From the NCBI GenBank assembly GCA_963804995.1, contig CAWDSK010000005.1:160001-224000 (forward strand): a stretch of DNA of 64,000 nt, given 5' to 3'. The position numbers and the translations under genes are program-made. Source of the DNA: an uncultured Acidobacteriota bacterium. Lineage in GTDB: Bacteria > Acidobacteriota > Terriglobia > UBA7540. Positions 1 through 11,100 of the stretch are shown piece after piece; the stretch's first letter is position 1; each line of letters opens with the position of its first letter. A model generated the notes under the pieces. It saw only the letters and a list, made by a program, of their open reading frames with translations. It was not told the DNA's origin and did no database searches.

Positions 1-872
1 CCATCCAGCAGACGCAGGAGCAAGACGAAGTACAACAACAGCACTATCAGAGTACCCACAAATCCCTGTTCTTCGGCAAAGGCGGCGAAAATTGAATCGG
101 CGTGGGAGACAGGGATAAATCCCAGCCGGCCCTGCGTCCCATTGCCCATGCCCTTTCCCCAAAAGCCGCCTGACCCGATCGCAATCTTGGTTTGGGTCAC
201 CTGGTAACTGTGGCTTTGGGTGTTTTGCGCAGGGTGTGTGAAAGTCATTAACCGCTCACGCTGGTAGGGTCTGAGAAAGTGCCACCCCACCGGCAAGGCA
301 AGGATTCCCGCCAGGCACAAGACCGCAATCTGCTGCCAGCGTATTCCAGCAAAGAGCACACCCGCGGCAACGATTGGAACGAATGTCAATGCTGTACCCA
401 GATCGGGCTCCAAAGCCACCAGGACAGCCGGTAATCCGGCTAAAATCCCCAGTTTAAACAAATCTCCCCACGTGACTGTCTTCGTCCGCCGGTCGGCGAA
501 ATACGCAGCCACCAATAATATTATAATCAACTTGGCGATTTCTGACACTTGGAAAGTCAAACCACCGCCCAGTATCAGCCACCGCCGGGCGCCGGCAATG
601 GAGTGGCCCGCGACTAGCAGCCCTGCCAGCGTCAGAACAGAAATACCGTAGAGCCACGGGGTTTGCTCCAGAACCATGTGGTAATCAAACCGGCTTGCCA
701 CTAGCGCCAGGATACAACTCAAAACGATCCAGTAAATCTGCTTCTTGTACTGGCCCGCAAGAGGGGAGTGGAGGGTGGTGCTATAAATTTCGATGACGCC
801 GATGACAGCTAAGGCGAGTGCCAGAAGCAACAGGAACCAGTCAATATCGCGAAATCGAAAGGGTCTACTCAA
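1..872 (-). CDS. rodA: Rod shape-determining protein RodA (SEDS family), 3' end outside window
   Basis: Manual translation from TTG at 872: LSRPFRFRDIDWFLLL...GARRWL...FQVSEIAK...EPDLGTA...IAIGSGGFWGKG...HADSIFAAFAEEQGFVG. Directly downstream of PBP2. Absent from the ORF track. Confidence 0.93.
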   Translation of the reverse strand, partial: MSRPFRFRDIDWFLLLLALALAVIGVIEIYSTTLHSPLAGQYKKQIYWIVLSCILALVASRFDYHMVLEQTPWLYGISVLTLAGLLVAGHSIAGARRWLILGGGLTFQVSEIAKLIIILLVAAYFADRRTKTVTWGDLFKLGILAGLPAVLVALEPDLGTALTFVPIVAAGVLFAGIRWQQIAVLCLAGILALPVGWHFLRPYQRERLMTFTHPAQNTQSHSYQVTQTKIAIGSGGFWGKGMGNGTQGRLGFIPVSHADSIFAAFAEEQGFVGTLIVLLLYFVLLLRLLD

Positions 873-887
873 TTCTCAATCCTTCCC

Positions 888-2822
888 TCACCGTCCCGGG
901 CCAGGGTTTGCCTGCTGCGGTACTTGACTTGGCCTTAACTGGCTGAGCACCCGCACCTGGGTCTCCATCTGGTTGCCGGGAGGTTTCGGCCCCTGCTTCT
1001 TATCAAAATACGTCTTGATGACATCCCTCGCAATGGGCACTGCCACGGTCGAGTGTCCGCCCTTGAGGACAAGGGCCGCGACCACGATTTCCGGCCTGTC
1101 GGGCGGTGCATAGCCCACGAACCACGCGTTATTGTTGAATTCTGCATTCTTCGCGGAGGCTTGCAGTTCTGCGCTGACCACCTGCGCCGTGCCGGTCTTG
1201 CCCGCGATCTCGACTTCGGGACAGCGGGCCGCCGCGCCGGTTCCGCCGTCTTCATTCACCACCCCCCACATTCCCGACTTGACCGCCGCCACAGTTTCCG
1301 CACTGAGGGGGAAGTCGTAAGCAGGTTTTTCCGGGGGATCGGCCCCGATGGCCAACAACTGGTCTCGAAACGCCAAATGCGGCCGCTGGAAGCCTCCGCC
1401 CATCGCAATCCCCCCAATCGTATGGGCCAACTGCAGCGGCGTGACGGAAACGGCGCCTTGGCCAATCGCCACGGAAATCGTTTCGCCGGCATACCATTTG
1501 TGCTTGAACACCCTCTCGACCCAGGCAGGCGTGGGAATCAGCCCCGCAGCCTCGCCAGGTAGATCGATGCCGGTCCGCTCCCCCAAGCCCAGGCGGGTGG
1601 CGAAGAAATCAATCTTCTCGATTCCCAGCAGCTTTCCCATGGTGTAGAAGAAAACGTCACAGGACTCACGGATGGCGCGGTGCAGGTCCACCGTGCCGTG
1701 CCCGCGGTGTTTCTCAAACACCCAATCGTGGTAGAGGTGGCCGTAGATGGTAACCGAGCCCGCACATTGCACCGTGTAGTCGGGTTTGATCGTGCCAGTC
1801 TCCAGCGCCGCCGCGGCCATAACGATCTTGAACGTTGAGCCGGGCGCGAGTTGCGCCTGGATGGCCTTGTTCATGAGCGGCTTCATGGGGTCGTGGGTGA
1901 GCTGGTCCCACTCCTTCGGGTCGATGCGCTGGGCAAAATTATTGGGGTCGAACGACGGGTGGCTGACCATGGCCAGCACTTCACCGGTGCGCGGGTCAAG
2001 CGCCACTACGGCGCCCGCCTGCTCGCCCAGGGAGGCCTCCGCCGCCATCTGCAAGTCGAGGTCGATGGTGAGGCGCAGGTCGTTTCCCGGCAGCGCATTG
2101 ATGGTGGTCAGCGAGCCCATTTCCTGCCCGCGGCTGTTCACCACCACGCGCCGCATGCCGTCGTGGCCGGAGAGAATCTGATTGTATTCGCCCTCAATGC
2201 CGAACTTGCCCACCACGTCGCCAGGCCGGTAGGTGGAGCCGGGTTTGGCGATCATCTCCTCAGAAACTTCACCCACGTATCCCAGCATGGCGGCCGCCAC
2301 CTCATGCTTGGGATAGAGTCGCTGTTGGACCTGGATGAGGTCGAGTTCGGGATACTCCAAGCGGTGGGATTCGACGAAAGCAATGTCCTCGAGCGTGGCG
2401 GATTGTTTCAGAAGCAGGGGCTGGAAGCGTGGCAATTTCGCGGAGCGCTCCACGACGTGCTGGAGATCGACGGGGTCAACTTGCAGGCCGCGCGCGATTC
2501 CTGCCACGCGGTCCGGCGCGAGCGTGGCCGACGATTCGCGCATCAGCAGCACGCTGAAGGCGGGGAAGTTGTCTGCCAACACGCGGCCCTGGCGGTCCAG
2601 TATGCGCCCGCGTGGGGCGATGATGGGCAGATTGCGAATGCGGTTGCGCTCCGCCAGGTCCTCATATTCCTGGTGATGACCGATCTGCAGTCGCCAATAC
2701 CCCATCAGCAAGCCCAGGAAGCTTGCAGCAATGGCATACTGAAGGAGGGCAATCTTCCAAGCCGGTGGGCGCTCGTCACTGGGGAATCGAACTTCCATCT
2801 TGCGCATTTCGCCGAGGGCCAA
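888..2822 (-). CDS. mrdA: Penicillin-binding protein 2
   Basis: N-terminal TM helix, APRGRILDR dimerisation motif, SxxK (STFK), SCD and KTG motifs, next to rodA. True start may be a few codons downstream. Confidence 0.93.
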   Translation of the reverse strand: MALGEMRKMEVRFPSDERPPAWKIALLQYAIAASFLGLLMGYWRLQIGHHQEYEDLAERNRIRNLPIIAPRGRILDRQGRVLADNFPAFSVLLMRESSATLAPDRVAGIARGLQVDPVDLQHVVERSAKLPRFQPLLLKQSATLEDIAFVESHRLEYPELDLIQVQQRLYPKHEVAAAMLGYVGEVSEEMIAKPGSTYRPGDVVGKFGIEGEYNQILSGHDGMRRVVVNSRGQEMGSLTTINALPGNDLRLTIDLDLQMAAEASLGEQAGAVVALDPRTGEVLAMVSHPSFDPNNFAQRIDPKEWDQLTHDPMKPLMNKAIQAQLAPGSTFKIVMAAAALETGTIKPDYTVQCAGSVTIYGHLYHDWVFEKHRGHGTVDLHRAIRESCDVFFYTMGKLLGIEKIDFFATRLGLGERTGIDLPGEAAGLIPTPAWVERVFKHKWYAGETISVAIGQGAVSVTPLQLAHTIGGIAMGGGFQRPHLAFRDQLLAIGADPPEKPAYDFPLSAETVAAVKSGMWGVVNEDGGTGAAARCPEVEIAGKTGTAQVVSAELQASAKNAEFNNNAWFVGYAPPDRPEIVVAALVLKGGHSTVAVPIARDVIKTYFDKKQGPKPPGNQMETQVRVLSQLRPSQVPQQANPGPGR

Positions 2823-3131
2823 GATTATTGATACCTGACCTCAGCTTAACTACTCTGTTAACTTGTATGAAGTCGCGCCCCGCCTGCCGCGCGCTTCACC
2901 CAAGCCATGACCGTAGCACACCCCAACGGGCAAAACAAGAAAAGAGCGGGCCGCTGGCTATTTAGGGGCTTCCGGGCTGCCCTGCACTTGGCTTTTCGGT
3001 ATGGTAATTCGCCCTGCGCCGCAGGATCGCAGTCCCCCCTTCTTGCCGGTGGAGGTTCAAGCGGATTAGCCGTGAGAGAGTGCTATGATGGATTGGGGTT
3101 CTTCAACCTGGTTTGGTCTTACTGATTGTCG

Positions 3132-4487
3132 ATGGCGGCTCCGAGCACAGCACAATCCTCACCTCAACCTGCGGCGCGCCTGCCCATGATGATCCGCGCG
3201 CTGCGGCACCGCAATTACCGCCTGTTCTTCAGCGGCCAGATCATTTCGCTGATTGGCACCTGGATGCAGGCCATAGCACAATCGTGGCTTGTTTACAGGC
3301 TCACGGGGTCGTCGTTGCTGCTGGGCCTGGTAGGATTCGCGGGGCAGATTCCGGTTTTCCTCTTCGCACCGTTAGGCGGAGTTTTTGCTGACCGTCACAG
3401 CCGCCACCGCATTGTCATTGCCACGCAAGCCTCCGCCATGATCCTGGCCTTCATCCTTTCCGCCTTGACCCTGCTTCGGCACATCCAGGTCTGGCAGATC
3501 ATGGTGCTGGCCAGTTTGCTGGGCGTCGTGAACGCTTTCGATATTCCCGCCCGCCAGGCGTTTATCGTTGAGATGGTGAGCTCGGAAGATTTGATCAACG
3601 CCATCGCGCTCAATTCCGCCATGTTCAACGGCGCGCGCATTCTGGGTCCCGCGGTGGCCGGCGTGACGGTGGCGGCGATTGGGGAAGGTTGGTGTTTCTT
3701 TGCCAACGGCGTTAGCTACATCGCGGTGATCATCGGCCTGCTGCTCATGGTGGTCACGCCGCGCGAGCGCGCCCGCCGCGTGGCCTCCGGCCTCGAAAGC
3801 GTCCTCGAAGGGTTCCGTTTTGTTTTGCACACGGGGCCCATTCGTGCCTTGCTGCTTCTGCTCGGCCTGGTCAGCGTGACGGGCATGCCTTATGCCGTTC
3901 TGATGCCCATCTTCGCGGACCAGATCCTGCACGGCGGCGCGCGCGGGCTGGGCCTGCTGATGGGAGCAACGGGTGTGGGCGCCCTGGCCGCTACCCTGGT
4001 GATGGCCGCGCGGCGCGAGGTGCATGGTCTGGGCCGCTGGATCATCTTCGCCTCCACGGGCTTTGGCGCCAGCCTGATCCTGTTCTCCTTCTCGCATACC
4101 TTTTGGCTTTCCGTGGTGCTACTGCTGCCGGCGGGCTTCTCAATGCTGTTGCAGATGTCGAGCTCCAACACTCTTATCCAAACCATGGTGCCTGACGCCC
4201 TGCGCGGCCGGGTGATGTCTGTCTACTCGATGATGTTCATGGGCATGGCGCCGTTTGGTGCATTGCTGGCGGGCGCTATCGCCAATCGGGTGGGTGCTCC
4301 CCTCACCGTGGCCATAGGGGGAGCCACCTGCATTGCCGGATCGTTCTTCTTCGGATCGAAATGGCCGGCCCTGCGAGGTGAAGCACGCCGGCTCATTGTG
4401 GCGCAAGGCATGTCGAGCGGCGAGCCCCCTGAAGAGATGACCGGCCAGTTGGACGCCCTGGGCGCCCCGAAGAATGCGGGACCGTAG
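3132..4487 (+). CDS. MFS transporter (MFS_3/DHA3-like)
   Basis: About 12 hydrophobic segments; ALRHRNYRLFFSGQ, GVFADRHSR and DALRGRVMS motifs. Confidence 0.88.
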   Translation: MAAPSTAQSSPQPAARLPMMIRALRHRNYRLFFSGQIISLIGTWMQAIAQSWLVYRLTGSSLLLGLVGFAGQIPVFLFAPLGGVFADRHSRHRIVIATQASAMILAFILSALTLLRHIQVWQIMVLASLLGVVNAFDIPARQAFIVEMVSSEDLINAIALNSAMFNGARILGPAVAGVTVAAIGEGWCFFANGVSYIAVIIGLLLMVVTPRERARRVASGLESVLEGFRFVLHTGPIRALLLLLGLVSVTGMPYAVLMPIFADQILHGGARGLGLLMGATGVGALAATLVMAARREVHGLGRWIIFASTGFGASLILFSFSHTFWLSVVLLLPAGFSMLLQMSSSNTLIQTMVPDALRGRVMSVYSMMFMGMAPFGALLAGAIANRVGAPLTVAIGGATCIAGSFFFGSKWPALRGEARRLIVAQGMSSGEPPEEMTGQLDALGAPKNAGP

Positions 4488-4678
4488 CGCGCCGATGATT
4501 TTTGGCTCGCAAACCGCCCGTCATCATTTAGCCCATGGCGGTAGTGAGAAATGGGGCTCCGCTCTTTCCGAGGAGAGAGGGCTAAGTCGCAATTCTGATT
4601 GGTGAGGAGAGCGCTGGGGCCGAACCCCCGTCCCTATAATCCCTCGTAAGAAATCCCGCCTAACGTGTCAGGCAATCA

Positions 4679-5773
4679 CTACCCGCCGTTCATAGGCACC
4701 GAGACAGGGCTCTTGAGCGTAAAGTCGATTTTGGTTTCGGATGGCACCTTGACCTGCTGACCTTTGGTGGCCACTTGTACGCCGGCGCCGGTGCCCGCGC
4801 CCACGGCGGAGCCGATGGCCGCGCCTTTACCACGGCCCAGCAGTCCGCCCACGAGCGCGCCCAGCACCGCGCCGCCGCCCACGGTTTCCGCAGTGCGCTT
4901 GCCGCGTGAGGCTCCGTGCTGCTCGTAGTACCCGCTCTCCGTGTTGTAGAAGGTGCCGTTAATCGTCAGGCCCGTCAATTCCAGTTGCAGTTCGGACTGG
5001 CCCTCCATGTGACCCGCGCTCTTGGCATTGACCAGGCGCACGCGGGCATCCGCGCCGCGCGCAACCACCACGCGGTCACCCACCACGATGGGCGCATCCA
5101 GGCTGGCGGTGAACACATCACCCGGCCGGTTGCGGCTGGAGTCAATCCCATCGATCATGCGAATGGTCACCACCGTTCCGGACGGTATCGACACGTTTTC
5201 GACTGGTTTAGGAGCCGGCGGTTGCGGAGGTGGCGCCGGGGCCGCCGGCGGATTAGGCTGTGCGACAGGGTTAACCGGGGCTTCAGGAGTTTGGGCGTCC
5301 GCGTAAGCAGCAGGTTGGGGGGTAGCCACTTCCTGGGTACGGGCGGTTCTGGGATGTCGTGCGGGTCGAGATTGCGCCGGGGCGGGTGCTTGGGCCACAG
5401 TTTCCGGCGCTGCAGGCGGGATTTGCGGAGTCTCCGCGGTTTGCGCCGGTTCAGCCACCGGAGCGGCGGTTTGAGAGCTGAGCGCCAGCATGTTCAGCAC
5501 GCTCTTCACGCCTTCTTCTTGCGTGGCAATCCGCTCCACGGCAGCCCTTTCCAGGTCCGTCCCTACCGTCCCCGTTAACGTGACGATCCCGCGCTGCGAC
5601 TCAACACGAATGTCGCGCGTCTTCAGGATAGGATCACCAAAAAGCTTGGCCTGGATGCCGGTGGTAATGGCCTTGTCGTCGCTCAACTACAACATCTTGA
5701 AAGTGTTACAAGCTCCGAGAAACAAGCCCCCCGCAATGATCAGAATCGCAAATCGGAGTTGTGACCTGTACAT
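4679..5773 (-). CDS. BON-domain lipoprotein with Pro/Ala linker and glycine-zipper C-terminus; in-frame TAG at 5687-5689
   Basis: BON domain (SDDKAITTGIQAKL...GIVTLTGTV...GVKSVLN). An in-frame upstream ATG at 5773 encodes a signal peptide with an LGAC lipobox, separated from the BON domain by one TAG. Confidence 0.75.
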
Positions 5774-5854
5774 AGTCCCTTCACCCCACTGGGAATTGTG
5801 CTCCCTCATGGTCGTTTGATTCTATCCTAAAAGGATAGGATGCACGTTATTGAC

Positions 5855-6020
5855 CGCTCCCCTCCTCAGATGAGGAGGGGTGGCGCGCCGAGCCCCGATA
5901 GCGCGTTCTTTCCAAATTGATCATCGGGGCCGAGCGACGGGGTGGTCTGAGGTCGTGTGGGTGGACTGAAATCCTGGGGGAAAAACTCTCGTCCTGAACT
6001 CACAAGCGTAACCACCCCAG
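5855..6020. repeat. Palindromic intergenic element (CTCCCCTCCTCAGATGAGGAGGGG / ACCACCCC family)
   Basis: Hairpin; an inverted copy is present at 16360-16500. Confidence 0.7.
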
Positions 6021-6049
6021 ATTCTCGCTTACGAATCCCCCCAAGCATA

Positions 6050-6320
6050 GCAAGTGTAGCGCGGACCTCCGCTGTTGAGGTCCGCGGTTCTTCCTGTGCC
6101 ATTTGATCGGATGTGTCGTGGAAATCGGCCGCCCATATTGGGGGGGGGTGCGGGTGTTTCAAACCAAGCAAGTGTAGCGCGGACCTCCGTTGTTGAGGTC
6201 CGCGGTTCTTCCTGTGCCATTTGATCGGATGTGTCGTGGAAATCGGCCGCCCGTATTGGGGGGAGGCGGGTGTTTCATACGAAGTGCCGCGGACCCCAAA
6301 GGTGGGCGACCGCGCGACAA
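6050..6320. repeat. Tandem GTAG-type REP-like units (about 120 bp)
   Basis: GTAGCGCGGACCTCCG-TGTTGAGGTCCGCGGTTCTTCCTGTGCCAT occurs twice, followed by an inverted partner GCCGCGGACCCCAAAGGTGGGCGACCGCGC. Confidence 0.8.
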
Positions 6321-6374
6321 GACAGGCAGGCTGGCACAGACCCAGCCTGCCGTTTGCCTTCCTCCGAGGCTCGC

Positions 6375-7749
6375 CTAGCTGATCAGTCCCTCGTGAACCT
6401 TGGTCACAGCCTTGACGACGTCGTCCAGGTCGGCGTCGCTCCATTTCGGACCGATATACAGGCTGGCATAACGGGCCTTCACGTTCGAGCGCTCGCGGGC
6501 AACACTCAGCCCCATATTGCATGGCCTTTCCCCTGGGGGTATTGAACGACGGCCATTGCGGATGGGGTGCTACCTTGTCAGCGATGTAACCCATGGTGGG
6601 CAGATTAATCGTGCCCAGGATCCCGACATCCATCGGTACGTTTTCAGCCTTCATGGCTTTGATGAATTGGTCACGTAATTCGGTGGTGGGCAGCAGCAGA
6701 TCAAGGCTGATGTTGAGGTCTCCTCCCGGATTGTTGCTGGGCCGCAGCTTGAGGCCGGGGAGATCCTTGATTTTTTCGGTCACGTATTGGTGCATGCGTC
6801 GATGGTTGGCGATCGCGGTTTCAAGCTTGCGAACTTGGGCGCACAGAACCGCCCCCGTCTCTTCATTCATGCGGTAGTTGAGACCGACCAGCGTTTCCGG
6901 CTTACCGTCGCCGCGTCGGTGTTCGCTCATGCCCAGGGCGGGCCGGAACGTGGGCCTCACCCCTCCCAGATCGTGGAACCGGATGGCTCGTTCGTAGAGC
7001 GCTTTATCATTGGTGATGACGCAGCCGCCTTCTCCGGAGGTCATCATTTTGGCGGTTTGGAAACTGAAGATTCCGATGTCCCCCATGGTGCCGGTGTGTT
7101 TGCCCTTGTAACTTGCCCCAATGGCCTCCGCTGAATCTTCCAGCACCTTCAGGTTATGCTCGCGCGCGATGGCCAGGATTTTGTCGATATTCGCCACGGT
7201 GCCGGAAAGGTGCGATGGGATGACCACTTTGGTCTGGGGAGTGATCTTCCTTTTCAGGTCTTCGGGATCCATGGCGAAGGTCTCGTCAATTTCGCAGAAC
7301 ACGGGCAAGGCCCCGGTCATGATGATCACGTTGTAATCGGAGTGCCACGTTTCGGCGGGTAGGATGACCTCGTCGCCCGGTCCCACGCCCAGAGCGTTAA
7401 TGGCGACGTGCAGCGCGGCGGTTCCGGAAGTCACCCCCAGCGCATACTTGACGCCCATGAATTTGGCAAATTCCTCTTCGAAGGTCTTGGCCTTTTGCGG
7501 CTGGCTGAACCCGTAGAAGCGGAACAAACTCCGGGTCTCAACGGCTTCATCCAATTCCCGTTTTTCCTCAGCGCCAATGAAATTAGCCCCTTCGTAATTC
7601 GTGGTCAGGGGCGTGGCACGGACGGGTGTTCCGCCGTTGATGGCCAGGCGCGGAGCAGCCGCGCCCGCTAACAGGGGAGCTGAGGCGGCCGCGGTAACGG
7701 CAGTAAGAAATCCCCGCCGGCTGATTCCTGACATTTCATCCTTGGTCAT
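6375..7749 (-). CDS. DegT/DnrJ/EryC1/StrS PLP aminotransferase with Tat-like signal; +1 frameshift at about 6485
   Basis: SRRGFL; TSGTAAL, EDSAEA and FSFQTAKMMTSGEGG motifs. Removing one base at ACGTTCGA (6481-6488) restores a normal end (...ARYASLYIGPKWSDADLDDVVKAVTKVHEGLIS, stop at 6375). Confidence 0.85.
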
Positions 7750-7874
7750 AACATTTTCCTCCAGAGTTGACAGTCTGATCAAAAGGACCAGGGCCCAGGC
7801 TAGCTCCCAGCCCCACCCCCTCCTGATGCCCGAATTCTATCACAATAGTTGACCGTTGGCAGGCTGGCGCAGAT

Positions 7875-7966
7875 TCCGGTGCTGTCCTAATTTAAACGTA
7901 ACGCCCCGATGCATCGGGGCTCAATGCCGGCTGGAAGCCAGCGCTACATCTGAAATTAGGACAGCA
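7875..7966. mobile_element. MITE-like element with TGCTGTCCTAATTT terminal inverted repeats
   Basis: Inverted ends at 7880-7893 and 7953-7966. The right 41 bp recurs exactly at 11415-11455. Confidence 0.65.
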
Positions 7967-8137
7967 TCCAGATTCCCGTCCGTCGGGGTCTGCGATGTCC
8001 CGAAGGGACGTGTAAGCATGTATGCCGTTATGATTGCGTACCCTCGCCAAATATTGAACAAACGGGACTCAGGACCGTTGCGTTTCCAAGTTGCTAGGTG
8101 TACCTTACTTTTCATCAGGTAGTCACAAATCGAAACT

Positions 8138-11100
8138 TTGGATAATCGGCACCATCGTCGTCCAAGCCGAGCGAAGGTGCTGACCGCTGTGCGCAGGAGG
8201 AGGTCCCAAATGAGCTTCCCGTTTACCCGCAGAGCTTCTCAGAACCGCCCGCGGTTGTCCGCTCTTTTTCTCGTGCCACTAATGATGCTTATCGTCGCAC
8301 CCCTGCTGTTACAGGCACAGGTTCCCCAAGTCGCATCGGTAAAAGTCACGGCAACTCCCCAGGGCGCCAAGGCAACCACTTCGCTTGACCCTGCCAAGGC
8401 TGCCTTTCACCCTTCGCGCGTCCTGGTTCGTTTCCGTAACGGGACCGATTTCATGCCGGGTTCCCCGGCGGCAATACACCTCGGCGGGCATGCCAATGTG
8501 TATCGCGTCGATAACCCGCCCGGCCTCTCGGTCGAGAAAGTCCTTGCGCACTACCGGGCCAATCCCAACGTGGTTTACGCCGAGGAAGACTTTCGGGTCG
8601 AGGCCATCAACACCATTCCTAATGACACGCTCTGGGCCCAACAATGGGATATGGTGAAAATTGCCGCCCCGGCGGCCTGGGACCTCCAGACCAACTCGAG
8701 TGATGTGGTGGTCGCCATCATCGACACCGGCATCGATTACACTCACCCGGACTTGGCAGCCAATATTTACACCGTGGCCTCTGCGGTGGTCGGCTACACC
8801 TGCATCGGCGGATCCTGCGTGGCGGGTGGCTTGGATGATTTCGGGCACGGCACACATGTGGCAGGTACGATCAGCGCAGTGGGCAACAATGGCGTGGGTA
8901 TCGCCGGAATCAACTGGGCGGTCAAATTGCTCTCCCTGAAGTTTCTGGATTCGAATGGAAGCGGCTATATCTCGGACGCGGTGCTGGCCTTTAATCTGGT
9001 GGCCCAGCTCAAGAGTTCCGGAGTGAACATCCGGGTAACCAGCAACTCCTGGGGGGGCGGTGGTTTTGACCAGTCGCTCAAGGACGCCATGTCGGCGGTC
9101 GAAGCCTTGGGCATCGTAAACGTCTGCGCCGCCGGCAATAGCGCGGTGAACGCGGACTTCTCCCCCATGTACCCGGCAGCCTACGACAACCGGGGCATCA
9201 TCTCCGTGCTGGCGTCCGACTCGAATGACTTGGGCGCCTACTTCACCAACTACGGGCTGGCCAGCGTGGATATCGCCGCGCCGGGTGTGAACACGCTCTC
9301 CACCGTGCCCACGGGGAGCTGCACGCTGTGCGATCCCAGTGGCTACACATTATTGTCTGGCACCTCCATGGCCACACCCCATGTCTCCGGGGTCGTTGCG
9401 GCGCTCTTGCATCGCAATCCCACGCTCACGGCAGACCTGGCGCGCGACGAAATCCTGGATCCCGGAAGTTACGACACCCTGACGGATCCATTGGCCATGA
9501 GCACGTCCACGGGCGGCCGCCTGAATTTCTATAAGGCCATCACCAATACTTCATTTCTGACCAATCCTCATCTGAACAATTTCCCCACCTTGACCATGGG
9601 CCCGAATGTTTTTGCTTCCGCGAGCGAGGCAGTGAGTCTGACCGCCACCGGGAGCGACCCGGACGGCGATCCACTTCGTTATGCCTGGGGCAAGTCAACG
9701 AGCACGGGCACGCAATGGCTGTTCGGTTGGATGTTGGGGAACATCTTTCCCGCACCGTCCGGTTCAGGAGCCTCGTTCAATGCTCCTTATATAGATCGGA
9801 CCGCCACGGTACCCTACGGCGCCTCCGTGGCCGACGGGCGAGGCGGTGGAGCGAGCGGGCAGGCTTTTGTCACGGTGTCTCCCGAGACTAACCCCGGATC
9901 GCCACCCTCAGGGAGCCTCACGCTTTCCTCGAACAGCATCGCTGTCGGGGGCAATGTCACCGTGAACTTCCCGGTCACTGATTCCAAGGGCGGCCCCTTA
10001 CCGTGGGACATGTGGGCCTCAGGGTTGTATGGCGCCAGCGGCTGGTGCTGTTTTACAGGTTCGTCGTCCTCCATTACCTTCAGCAGCGCCGGGGTCTATC
10101 GAATCGGGGTTCAAGCCATCGACCAGGAATTGAATCTTTCCACCCGCCCCACCGCCGTAGTTTCGGTGGGAGGAGCCACCGGCACCCCGCCTATCGCCGC
10201 GGCCACGGTGGACAAGTTGAGTGGTCCGGTCCCTTTGACCGTGAACTTCGACATGAGTGGAAGCACGGACCCGGATGGCACCATTTCGTATTACTACTTC
10301 ATTTGCGGAGGGACGGGGTTTGCCACTGGATCGACCAGCCCGAAAGGCAGTTGCACATATACCACTCCGGGCGCCTATTGGAATGAGCTGGAAGTTCAGG
10401 ATAACAGCGGGTACGTCGACATTATCTCGGTGTATACGGTGGCCACCCCGGTGGGGGGAGGTGATACCACGCCGCCCACGGTCTCGATTACCAGTCCCGG
10501 TAATGGCGCGAGCGTGTTCGGCACCACCGCGATTAGCGCGAACGCCTCGGATGACCCCGGCGGCAGCGGCGTCAAAGAAGTCGACTTCTATCTGGATACC
10601 ACGACCTTGCTCGGCACCGCTACCTCAGGCTCCCCCTATACGATCAACTGGGATACTTCCAGCGTCACACCCGGAGCGCATACGCTTACTGCCAAAGCTA
10701 CAGACTTTGCCGGGAACACCGGCACTTCCTCGAGTGTCAGTATCACCGTTACGAATTTCACAATCGGGGTCTCGCCGACCAGCGCCTCCGTGAACCAGGG
10801 TCTGGGCACCACAACGAAAGCCACCGTAACTCCACTCAACGGTTTTAATGGAATTGTCACCTTCAGCGTAACCGGGGCGCCGGCGGGTTTGACGACTGGC
10901 TTCAGCCCGGCCACGGTCACGGGCTCCGGCAGTTCTACGTTGACGCTGACCGCCACCGCCGTCGCGGCGGGAGTTTACCCGTTGACGGTTACGGGCTCAA
11001 GCGGAACGCTTACGCACTCGGCAACATTCACGCTGACCGTTAAGCTGGGTGGCGCGCTCTCCGTGACGGCGAGTCCCGCCTCCATCAAGGTCAGCCGCTC

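Noticed and set aside
5866..6374. C-terminal extension of the 638-aa DegT ORF
   Set aside because: Results from the frameshift reading through repeats; the true stop is at 6375.
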